This document shows positions 53,296 through 64,000 of a stretch of DNA of 64,000 nucleotides, piece after piece. The DNA is taken from positions 64,001 to 128,000 of the forward strand of contig CAWFFN010000005.1 of NCBI GenBank assembly GCA_963815115.1, written 5' to 3'. The position numbers and the translations under genes were made by a program. The notes under the pieces were generated by a model, which saw only the letters and a list, made by a program, of their open reading frames with translations, searched no databases and was not told the DNA's origin. The stretch comes from an uncultured delta proteobacterium. GTDB lineage: Bacteria; Desulfobacterota; Binatia; DP-6. Position 1 is the stretch's first letter, and every line of letters begins with the position of its first letter.

Positions 53296-54711
53296 TCAGG
53301 GCGAGACACTGCCCGCGTCTGCTTGGCGCGGGCGCGCACTGAGCGTCTCGGCCCGCAGTCCTGCCACGTCGTCCCGGGTCACCGCGTGGAGCATCGGATC
53401 GCGCCGGAGGAGGAGCAGCAGCCCGCCAGGCACCGACAGGGGGATCTTCTCGATCCAGAACCCGAGGTTCCCGATGAGGAATGCCTTTGCTGCCCCAGCC
53501 TTGCTTCCGAGCAGCCACACGAACACGAGTTCCCGGACTCCTTCGCCGGAGGCGGATGGCGCGATGAACGTCCCGAGCGTCATGACCGCCGAGGCGAACA
53601 AGACCTCGCTGATGCGGACGTCGTGCGTGCCCAAGGACATCGCATTCGCGAAGTACATGAGCGTGGTTGTGAGCTGCCCGAAAACGGCGAGACCAAGAGC
53701 CAGCAGGAGCTGCGTGCGTCGTGTCGAGTAGGTGGTGACGGCGTCGATGATCTCGCCGACGAATCGCCGCACACGGGCGTTCGGGATGACCCGGACGACG
53801 CGCCGGAACCAAGCGGGCTGCAGCAGCACGAGCACCGCCAACAGCACCGTCCCCGCAAAGGGAACCTTGAGGGCCCCGACCAGCTCGCCGAAGGATTGGC
53901 CGTGTGTCAGGCGGCCAGCGAACGGCATGAAGACCAGGATCAGCGCGAAGAGCGCCACGAGCCCCAGGATCCGCTCGACCACGAGCGTCGTTGCACATTC
54001 GACCGGACGTCGCGTCAGCCGGATGGTCTCGTAGAGCCGCCACGCGTCGAGCCCCATAGTACTCGGGGCGACGATGCCGAAGTAGCGGCCGATGAAGTAG
54101 GTACTGCTCAAGAACCCGAACTCCAGCTCGATCCCTTGTCCGTCAAGCAGGATCTGCCAGCGCCAGACATTGGCGAAGATGCCGAGGAGCTTGATCGCCA
54201 TGGCGGCAAAGAACCACGGGAGGAACACCGCAAGCCGAAGGTCACGAACCTCGTTCCAGATGTCAGAGAGGTCCGCCGGGACGAGTTGGAGGCCCTGCAC
54301 GCGGAAATAGACCGGAGTGCCCGCCTGCCTCAGCGGGACCGCCACGAACCGGCCGTCGGCCGTTCTCTCATAGACGGTGCTCAGTTCGGCCCCGTTGCAG
54401 TGGCGTGACGCTTTGAACTGACGGATGCTGCCGTCCGCGGCCGAGACGAAGACCGGGCGCTCGGCACCGACTTGGCAGACCTCGCGCTCCGAAACTGGGA
54501 CCCTGGGTTCGGGCAGGTGCTGCCCGGTCAACCGTGCCCGCAACCGCCCCACGATGCCGGGGAAGGCAGGATTCGCGGTCATGAACTCGCCCGGCGCATC
54601 CAGAGTGGCCTTGTCCACGGCCACGTATCCGCCGCCGAACTCGACGAAGATCCCGGCAAAGATGGCGAGCGTCACCGCGAGCTTGAGGGGCCCGCTCCTG
54701 AGCCCCCTCAT
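53296..54711 (-). CDS. Lysylphosphatidylglycerol synthase TM / UPF0104 flippase-like protein with periplasmic insert
   Basis: WRWQILL, FGIVAPSTMGLDAWR, VVERILGL, PSASGEGVRE. Confidence 0.75.
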   Translation of the reverse strand: MRGLRSGPLKLAVTLAIFAGIFVEFGGGYVAVDKATLDAPGEFMTANPAFPGIVGRLRARLTGQHLPEPRVPVSEREVCQVGAERPVFVSAADGSIRQFKASRHCNGAELSTVYERTADGRFVAVPLRQAGTPVYFRVQGLQLVPADLSDIWNEVRDLRLAVFLPWFFAAMAIKLLGIFANVWRWQILLDGQGIELEFGFLSSTYFIGRYFGIVAPSTMGLDAWRLYETIRLTRRPVECATTLVVERILGLVALFALILVFMPFAGRLTHGQSFGELVGALKVPFAGTVLLAVLVLLQPAWFRRVVRVIPNARVRRFVGEIIDAVTTYSTRRTQLLLALGLAVFGQLTTTLMYFANAMSLGTHDVRISEVLFASAVMTLGTFIAPSASGEGVRELVFVWLLGSKAGAAKAFLIGNLGFWIEKIPLSVPGGLLLLLRRDPMLHAVTRDDVAGLRAETLSARPRQADAGSVSP

Positions 54712-54838
54712 GGCACGATCATCCCATCGCCGCCTTGGCGGTTCCTTCTCCGCGCTTCGGTGTTCATGGATTCGCAGCCACGGTCCATTGACCCTTCCTG
54801 CATTTGACGCGACAATGCCCCACTCCTACAGGAGCTGT

Positions 54839-54866
54839 TATCGTCGCACGATATCGTATATCGATA
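54839..54866. promoter_or_regulatory. Tandem palindromic operator upstream of padR
   Basis: TATCG-N5-CGATATCG-N5-CGATA; repeated at 57068. Confidence 0.7.
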
Positions 54867-54882
54867 CCTCGGCGTGCAAACC

Positions 54883-55185
54883 ATGGATGACCAGGAGCTC
54901 TACGTCGGCCTGATCCGCCTCCACATCCTCCATCACGCTGTCGAGGAGCCGATCTTCGGCCTCGGCATCATCGAGGAGCTCGCTCGTCACGGATACAAGC
55001 TGAGTGCAGGGACGCTCTACCCTCTCCTCCACGGGCTGGAGGGGAAGGGGTACCTGCGATCCTCGGAGCAGCGGCACAACGGTCGGGTCCGGCGGATCTA
55101 CCGGGCAACGGCGCGAGGACGTCGGGCCCTGGAGGCCGCGAAGGGGAAGGTGCGCGAGCTCTTCGGCGAGCTGTTCGAGGAGTGA
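54883..55185 (+). CDS. PadR-family regulator
   Basis: GLIRLHILHHA...GTLYPLLHGLE..GYL...YRAT..GR. Confidence 0.92.
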   Translation: MDDQELYVGLIRLHILHHAVEEPIFGLGIIEELARHGYKLSAGTLYPLLHGLEGKGYLRSSEQRHNGRVRRIYRATARGRRALEAAKGKVRELFGELFEE

Positions 55186-55238
55186 TTGCCGCGTCCAATC
55201 TGAGGTCCGGTGCGTCGCAGGACAGCGGAAGGAGACCC

Positions 55239-55730
55239 ATGAACGGTGGCCAGGGCCTCGCGGCGCTTGCCGTCCTGTTCCTCGCAATGCCGGCGGGCGC
55301 AGCGGACCAGACCGAGCCCACCTACCTCCCGCCGCAGAGCGCGACCCGAGTGCTGACCGTCGCGAAGGAAGGCCAGGCCGAGGCCGGGGTCGTCGTCCTC
55401 ACCGAGGCGCTCGCCATCAAGGAAACGGGTCCGAAGGAGACGGTCGCTCGGTTCGCCGAGACCTACGCCTTCTCTCCCGCGGTCTTCGCGGTCTACCGCG
55501 ACCAGCCGACCCTCATCACCTTCCGCAACCTCCAGCCCGACGATGTCCATGACTTCATGCTCACCGACCCGAGCGGCTCAGTGCTCATGAAGGTTCAGTT
55601 CCCGGCCCTGGCGGACACGTCGTACGTCTTCACGTTCCATCGAGAAGGAATATTCCCCTTCTATTGCACGATGCACCAGCCTGCGATGAGCGGGCAGATT
55701 CTCGTCCTCCCACCCAAGAGCGGCGGCTGA
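55239..55730 (+). CDS. Secreted cupredoxin-domain protein
   Basis: Signal peptide, VHDF, FYCTMHQPAMSG type-1 copper ligands. Confidence 0.85.
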   Translation: MNGGQGLAALAVLFLAMPAGAADQTEPTYLPPQSATRVLTVAKEGQAEAGVVVLTEALAIKETGPKETVARFAETYAFSPAVFAVYRDQPTLITFRNLQPDDVHDFMLTDPSGSVLMKVQFPALADTSYVFTFHREGIFPFYCTMHQPAMSGQILVLPPKSGG

Positions 55731-55759
55731 GCCGAGTGGGCGTGCCTCGGCCTGTCCGT

Positions 55760-56992
55760 CTAAAACCTCCCGCTCGTGATGTTCCACGTGATGTCGCCCT
55801 TCGCGAGCCGCGCGATCGCGGTTCGCGTGAACCTTCCCTGCTCCCACTGGTATCGGCGGAGCTCATGCTGATCCTCCGACCCGACGTAGACCTCCGCCTT
55901 GCCATCACCGTCCAGGTCCGCCACGTAGACCGGGTGCTCGAAACCCGACGACTCCGCATCGATGGGGGTCTTCTTCCAGCCATCGCCATCCCGCTCGAAG
56001 AGCCAGAGCCCGGAGGAGAGCGCCCCGGCGACGATGGCAATCTTGCCGTTGCCGTACACATCGCCGGCCGCCATGGAGCGCAGCTGGCGATCGGCGAGCG
56101 TCGCGACGTCCCGGCTTTGCAATCCGCCCTCGGCCCAGCGGTACTGCTTGACCGTCACCGGGCGTAGCACCTTCCCCTGAGCGTCTACGGCTGCCTCCCA
56201 CGCAGCGTAGAGCTCCACGCGCCCGTCGCCGTCGAGATCCGCGGCGAGAATCTCCTTGGCGTGCGTGTCGGACGCCTGTTCCACGATGGTCTTCTCCCAT
56301 TTGCCATCGACATGACGGTAGAGGCGCACATCACCCGCCTGTGGCTGGTCGAGCTTGTTCGGCTGACTCACACTCGCGAAGAACTCCGCCCGGCCGTCGC
56401 CGTCGATGTCGCCGATCTCGATCTCGTGGGCGAACCGCTCCGGCTCTCGATTCACTTCCTCGACCCGCCAGTTGTCGTCTGGGTGGACGACCGCGATCAC
56501 CCCCTGGTCGTGAGTCGCGATCACGAACTCATTCTTCCCGTCGCCGTCCACGTCCCCTTCTTCGACATCGCGGAGGCGATCGAACTTCCCGCCGAATGTT
56601 GGGCTCCAGTGTGTCTCCTGCCGCCACTGGCCACCGGCAAATCGCCAGACCTTGAGCATGGCGCGATCGCCCCCGATAGTGAGGATGCCACCATCGTAGG
56701 GGAGCGCCTTGTGAAAGACGTTGCTGTCCGGGTCCTCCAGGGTCACGGGCGTCCAGCCGCTCTCTGTCTTTCGGACGATGGTGAGCTTGGCCGCTCCGGG
56801 GATCGCTTCCGGCTTGCCATCCGCGCCCACTCGGTCGTGAAACTGCGCCTGGGTCACCAGAAGGGCGGGGTAGGGGCCACCCCCGAGCGCCTCGCGGACC
56901 GCCACCGGTTCCTGGTTCTTCGACTGATCGCCACAACCGATCCCCGCGGTGGCCAGAGCGGCCATCGCCAGTGCCAACCGAAGCGGCCTCAC
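55760..56992 (-). CDS. FG-GAP/VCBS repeat lipoprotein
   Basis: Lipobox-like GIGC; five GDVDGDG/ADLDGDG repeats. Confidence 0.8.
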   Translation of the reverse strand: MRPLRLALAMAALATAGIGCGDQSKNQEPVAVREALGGGPYPALLVTQAQFHDRVGADGKPEAIPGAAKLTIVRKTESGWTPVTLEDPDSNVFHKALPYDGGILTIGGDRAMLKVWRFAGGQWRQETHWSPTFGGKFDRLRDVEEGDVDGDGKNEFVIATHDQGVIAVVHPDDNWRVEEVNREPERFAHEIEIGDIDGDGRAEFFASVSQPNKLDQPQAGDVRLYRHVDGKWEKTIVEQASDTHAKEILAADLDGDGRVELYAAWEAAVDAQGKVLRPVTVKQYRWAEGGLQSRDVATLADRQLRSMAAGDVYGNGKIAIVAGALSSGLWLFERDGDGWKKTPIDAESSGFEHPVYVADLDGDGKAEVYVGSEDQHELRRYQWEQGRFTRTAIARLAKGDITWNITSGRF

Positions 56993-57067
56993 GGCTCGTC
57001 CTCGAGCGTTTTCATGTCACGTGCGTCCTTCATCGTGCCCTCGTTGCCTCCTCGAGCACCTCAATGA

Positions 57068-57095
57068 TATCGACCACCGATATCGTGTCGCGATA
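57068..57095. promoter_or_regulatory. Second copy of the tandem operator, upstream of doxX-chrA
   Basis: TATCG-N5-CGATATCG-N5-CGATA. Confidence 0.7.
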
Positions 57096-57111
57096 TGGAG
57101 GAGCAACACGA

Positions 57112-57558
57112 ATGTCCAACGGAGACACGAACGGACCGACCGGGTCCGCAGCCATTCTTCTGATACGCCTCGCGGTCGGGGGCATCTTCCTCTCCGAGGG
57201 CGTACAGAAGTTCCTCTTCCCCGAGGCGCTCGGTGTGGGTCGCTTCACGACCATCGGGATCCCGGCACCGCAGATCCTGGCGCCGTTTGACGGGGTCGTC
57301 GAGATCGGCTGCGGGCTCCTCGTTCTTCTCGGCCTCTTCACGCGCCTCGCGACCATTCCGCTCATCGTGGACATGCTCGTCGCCATTGCCACGACGAAGG
57401 TGCCGATCCTTCTGAAGAGCGGCTTCTGGAGCATGGCCCATGAGGCCCGGACCGACTGGGCGATGCTGCTGGGCTCCCTCTTCCTACTCGTCGCGGGACC
57501 GGGGCCGTGGTCCCTCGACGCTCGGCGGGGTCGAGGACAAGGGCCCCGCTATGGGTAG
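57112..57558 (+). CDS. DoxX family membrane protein
   Basis: IRLAVGGIFLSEGVQKF, EIGCGLLVLLGLFTR, GPGPWSLD. Confidence 0.9.
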   Translation: MSNGDTNGPTGSAAILLIRLAVGGIFLSEGVQKFLFPEALGVGRFTTIGIPAPQILAPFDGVVEIGCGLLVLLGLFTRLATIPLIVDMLVAIATTKVPILLKSGFWSMAHEARTDWAMLLGSLFLLVAGPGPWSLDARRGRGQGPRYG

Positions 57559-58718
57559 CCCGGCAGAGAGATCCGCATCCCCGGCGGCGGCGCTCCGAGA
57601 GTTGGCAGCGCTCTTCCTCCGCCTGGGCGCCACCGCCTTCGGGGGACCGGCCGCGCACATCGCGATGCTCGAAGACGAGGTCGTGCGGCGGCGCCGCTGG
57701 CTCACCCACGAACGCTTCCTCGACATGTTGGGGGCGACGAACGTCATCCCGGGTCCGAACTCGACCGAAATGGCGATCCATGTCGGTCTCGACCGCGCGG
57801 GTCTCCCGGGGGTGGTGATCGCCGGCATGTCGTTCATTCTCCCCGCCGCCCTCATCACCCTCCTCATCGCCTGGGCCTACGTGCGCTTCGGAGCGCTCCC
57901 CGAAGCGAGCGCTTTTCTCTACGGCGCGAAGGCGGCGATCATCGCCGTGGTCCTGCAGGCACTGTGGCGCCTTGGCCGTGCGGCCCTCCGATCGCGGCCG
58001 CTGGTCGTCACGGCGCTCGTTGCGCTCGCGGCGTCGGCGCTCGGCGTGCACGAGCTCGTCGTGCTCTTCGGGGCCGGCGGCGTGCTCGCCGCGGGTGAGG
58101 CCTTGAAAGCGCGGCTGAGCGACAAGCGGCTCCCCCCGACCGTCGCCACGTGCCTTGTGCCGCTCGGGATCGCGGAATGCGCCGGGACGGCTGCGGCGAC
58201 GTTCACGCTCGGCGGCCTGTTCCTCTTCTTCCTCAAGGTCGGGGCGGTTCTCTTCGGAAGCGGCTACGTCCTGCTCGCATTCCTCCGCGCGGATCTGGTC
58301 GAGCGCTGGCACTGGCTCACGAACGAGCAGCTCCTGGACGCGATCGCGGTCGGCCAGATCACGCCCGGACCCGTCTTCACGCACCGCCACCTTCATCGGC
58401 TACCTTCTCGGGCGCACGCGGGGGGCGTTGGTCGCGACCGTGGGCATCTTCCTGCCAGCCTTCGTTTTCGTCGCGCTCATCGGGCCGTTTCTTCCACGCA
58501 TCCGACGATCCGCAACGGCGGCGGCGTTCCTCGACGGCGTGAACGTCGCCTCGCTGGCGCTCCTCGCGCTGGTCACTGGGGCACTCGCGTACGGCGCGAT
58601 CGTCGATTGGAAGACGGCTGGTATTGCCTTCGGAGCGACCGTTCTCCTCGTGCGCTGTGGCTTGAACTCCGCCTGGCTCGTCCTCGGCGGCGGCGTCCTC
58701 GGTCTCCTGGCAGGGTAG
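57551..58718 (+). CDS. chrA: Chromate efflux transporter, long-chain CHR (frameshift near 58381)
   Basis: GATAFGGPAAHIAM, PGPNSTEMAIH, FGSGYVL, GQITPGP, ATFIGY. Confidence 0.92.
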
Positions 58719-58775
58719 GGAGATACCATCGGGACTCCCAGAGTCCTCAGGTCGACCGTCGCACGGGGGCTCCTC

Positions 58776-59507
58776 GTGGCGGCGGTCTTCTGGTCATCGC
58801 TCCAGCGATCGGCGTTGGCTGGGCCGCCGTACGTGACTGACGACCCAGAGCCGGTGGATTACCAGCATTGGGAGGTCTACCTCGCCTCACAACTCGCTCA
58901 TGACTCGGGCGGGTGGTCGGGAACGGCTCCTCACATCGAGATCAACTACGGTGTCGTGCCGAACGTCCAGCTCCATGTCATTGCGCCTGCCATCGTCGAC
59001 GCCCCGACTCACGGGCGGACACGGTACGGCTATGGCGATACGGAACTCGGCACGAAGGTTCGTTTCGTCCAGGAGACCACGTGGCGACCCCAGGTCGGCG
59101 TGTTCCCACTCCTCGAGGTTCCGACGGGGGACCATCGTCGAGGACTCGGAAGCGGCCACACGAAGGCCTTCCTCCCACTGTGGCTACAGAAGAGCTTCGG
59201 GCCGTGGACAACATATGGTGGTGGGGGCTACTGGCTGAACCCGGGCAAGGGCAACCGCGATGGGGCCTTTGTCGGCTGGCAGATCCAACGGCAGGCGCTT
59301 TCAAACCTCAACGTGGGTGCCGAGGTCTTCCACCAAACCCCGCAGGAGGAAGGCGGCGAGCCGGAGACTCGATTCAACATCGGCTGCGTGTTCGACTTTA
59401 GCGAGACGCACCATCTGCTCTTGTCTGCCGGCCGCGGTCTTCAGGGGCCAAACGAAGCTCAGCTCTACCTCGCGTATCAGCTCACCTTCGGGCCTGACGC
59501 ACGATGA
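58776..59507 (+). CDS. Putative outer-membrane beta-barrel (GPPYVTDDP family); start uncertain
   Basis: AGPPYVTDDPEP after a signal-like region, GYGDTELGTK, amphipathic strands. Confidence 0.65.
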   Translation: MAAVFWSSLQRSALAGPPYVTDDPEPVDYQHWEVYLASQLAHDSGGWSGTAPHIEINYGVVPNVQLHVIAPAIVDAPTHGRTRYGYGDTELGTKVRFVQETTWRPQVGVFPLLEVPTGDHRRGLGSGHTKAFLPLWLQKSFGPWTTYGGGGYWLNPGKGNRDGAFVGWQIQRQALSNLNVGAEVFHQTPQEEGGEPETRFNIGCVFDFSETHHLLLSAGRGLQGPNEAQLYLAYQLTFGPDAR

Positions 59508-59787
59508 CGGAGGAGTTCAGGGTCAACGGGGATTCTCTTGCACTACGTCCGGCAGAGCTTTCGTTCGCCCGCATCATAGACAGACCCACGTGGCTGGTGG
59601 AGCTTCAGAGTGCTCCGAGTGCCCGTGACGTGGGCGCGCGACGCTCCTCCCAGGACGAGGCCGCGGACGACGGCGTGCCGCATTCGCTCCCCAATCTCCA
59701 TCTGACATCGGAGCCGGTGATGTGCGACGCCCGCGTGGGCTGGGCCTGCGCATCCGGGCGGTCTGTGGTCGACGGGTTGCAGGCCCC

Positions 59788-62763
<2,976 letters not shown>

Positions 62764-62803
62764 GGCATCCCTCCTTCTCGCTGCTGGGGGCGCGGTGTCC
62801 CGA

Positions 62804-63322
62804 TCAGCGACGCCGCCGCTGGCTTCGGGTCGACGCGTAGCCTGCCACATCGCGGGGCGTCACCGAGAGCGCCCGGTACGAGAGGCGCCGGAACACCACA
62901 CCATGGGAGGCGGCGACGTCGCCGACGGCGTCGAACGCCTGGTCGTCGCTGACGACCTCGAGCACGTCCCCCGCCCGCGCGCCCGCGAGCCAGACGCCGG
63001 CCGCCACCGCGATGCGCAGATCGCTCCAGTCCTTCACCCCGGCCACGGGCGCGCTGTGCGCCAGCGTCGCGCCGCGGCGCGCCAGCAAGCTCGCGGTCTC
63101 CTGCCCCACGACGCGCCAGTTGCCCATCGCGACGAACGTCACGCCAGGACCGAGTTGGATGAGCTCGAGGTGATCGAGCACCGCGGCCACATCCTCGGGA
63201 CGGCTCGTGTTCTCCACGTCGAAGAACACGGCGCGGAGCGATCGCCCGGACGGCGGGGGTCCGTCCGAGGGCAGGCTCCCTCCGGTATCGTCCATCAGCA
63301 CCTCGTTCCCGGCTCCGCTCAT
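62804..63322 (-). CDS. NYN/LabA-like PIN-domain protein, possibly 3'-truncated
   Basis: VFFDVEN, GNW, KDWSDLRIAV, VSDDQAF. Confidence 0.7.
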   Translation of the reverse strand: MSGAGNEVLMDDTGGSLPSDGPPPSGRSLRAVFFDVENTSRPEDVAAVLDHLELIQLGPGVTFVAMGNWRVVGQETASLLARRGATLAHSAPVAGVKDWSDLRIAVAAGVWLAGARAGDVLEVVSDDQAFDAVGDVAASHGVVFRRLSYRALSVTPRDVAGYASTRSQRRRR

Positions 63323-63489
63323 CTCACGTCCCCCGGCCGTTCTGCGGGCAGCCGACACAGGGCGAGTGCAGCCCCGTGGACGCGGATTGGTCGCCCCTGC
63401 GCGGCCCGCTCGAGCAGCGCGCGCGCCGCCGGATCGCGGATCGTGCGACCAGGAAGTGGGGATCGGACTGCGTCATCCGGTCACGACCG

Positions 63490-63909
63490 TCACCGCACGA
63501 CCAGCACCGAGCACGGCGCATGGTCGACCACCTTGTCCGCCGTCGTGCCGAGGAGTCGTCCCCAGATGCCCGAATGCCCGCTGTGCCCGATGACCAGCAG
63601 ATCGGCGCCCACCTCGAGCGCGTAGTGCGGCAGGGCCTGCGCGGGGTGGCCCGGACGTACCTCGCGGTGGGCGACCAGACCCGCGCGGGTGACCTGTTCG
63701 ACCGCCTCGTCCTGGACTTCGCGGTAGAAGCGCTCCGCAGACCGCTGCTCATCTTCCACCTCGTCGATCGCGCCCGGGTAGTGCGGCAGCTGCTCGACCG
63801 AGATGAGGAACAGCTCGGCCTTGGCCGTGCGCGCGAGGGCGATGGCGGTCTCGAGTGCGCGTCGAGATCCCTCCGACCCGTCGAGCCCCACTAGAATGCG
63901 TCGGTACAT
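63490..63909 (-). CDS. Universal stress protein
   Basis: MYRRILVGLDGS, GHPAQAL, ADLLVIGHSG, LGTTADKVVDHAPCSVLVVR. Confidence 0.93.
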   Translation of the reverse strand: MYRRILVGLDGSEGSRRALETAIALARTAKAELFLISVEQLPHYPGAIDEVEDEQRSAERFYREVQDEAVEQVTRAGLVAHREVRPGHPAQALPHYALEVGADLLVIGHSGHSGIWGRLLGTTADKVVDHAPCSVLVVR

Positions 63910-64000
63910 CGCTACCTCCCGTGTCGCGCGCCTGCGCGCGCGTGCACCTCGGCTTCCGGCGCCGGCGTCTTGACCGGCCCCGCCTCCACCTGCGGCTGGA

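Overview
High-GC bacterial accessory region, probably from a soil or sediment organism. A Binatia/Deltaproteobacteria-like origin is only an inference from the Cys/Thr-rich secreted proteins. The window is a mosaic of six parts. (i) A stress/dormancy-type cluster split over three places (1-11.8 kb, 20.5-21.8 kb, 59.8-64 kb): pdhB-pdhC-ACP, a BCAM0308-like protein, FBP aldolase/phosphatase, ppsA, a Pcm-erythromycin-esterase fusion, hemerythrin, USPs, a CBS protein, ilvD and eno, several with sigma54-like promoters. (ii) Decayed mobile DNA: an IS110 fragment with a structured leader, IS3, two tyrosine-recombinase fragments and a tRNA-Ala(CGC) 3'-half att site. (iii) An arsenic/metal island: arsR-acr3-arsC-arsC divergent from pstS, ArsI-like, arsM and a second methyltransferase, plus an RcnR-like regulator with a P1B ATPase. 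(iv) Intact IS1380 and IS630 elements, the latter carrying a LexA-like HTH and splitting a GST gene. (v) Two tandem secreted Cys-rich sulfatase-like paralogs lacking the Arg of CxPxR, plus a membrane sulfatase. (vi) A PadR/DoxX/ChrA module. Many genes carry single-base frameshifts, possibly sequencing indels. No CRISPR array, rRNA or complete tRNA was seen.
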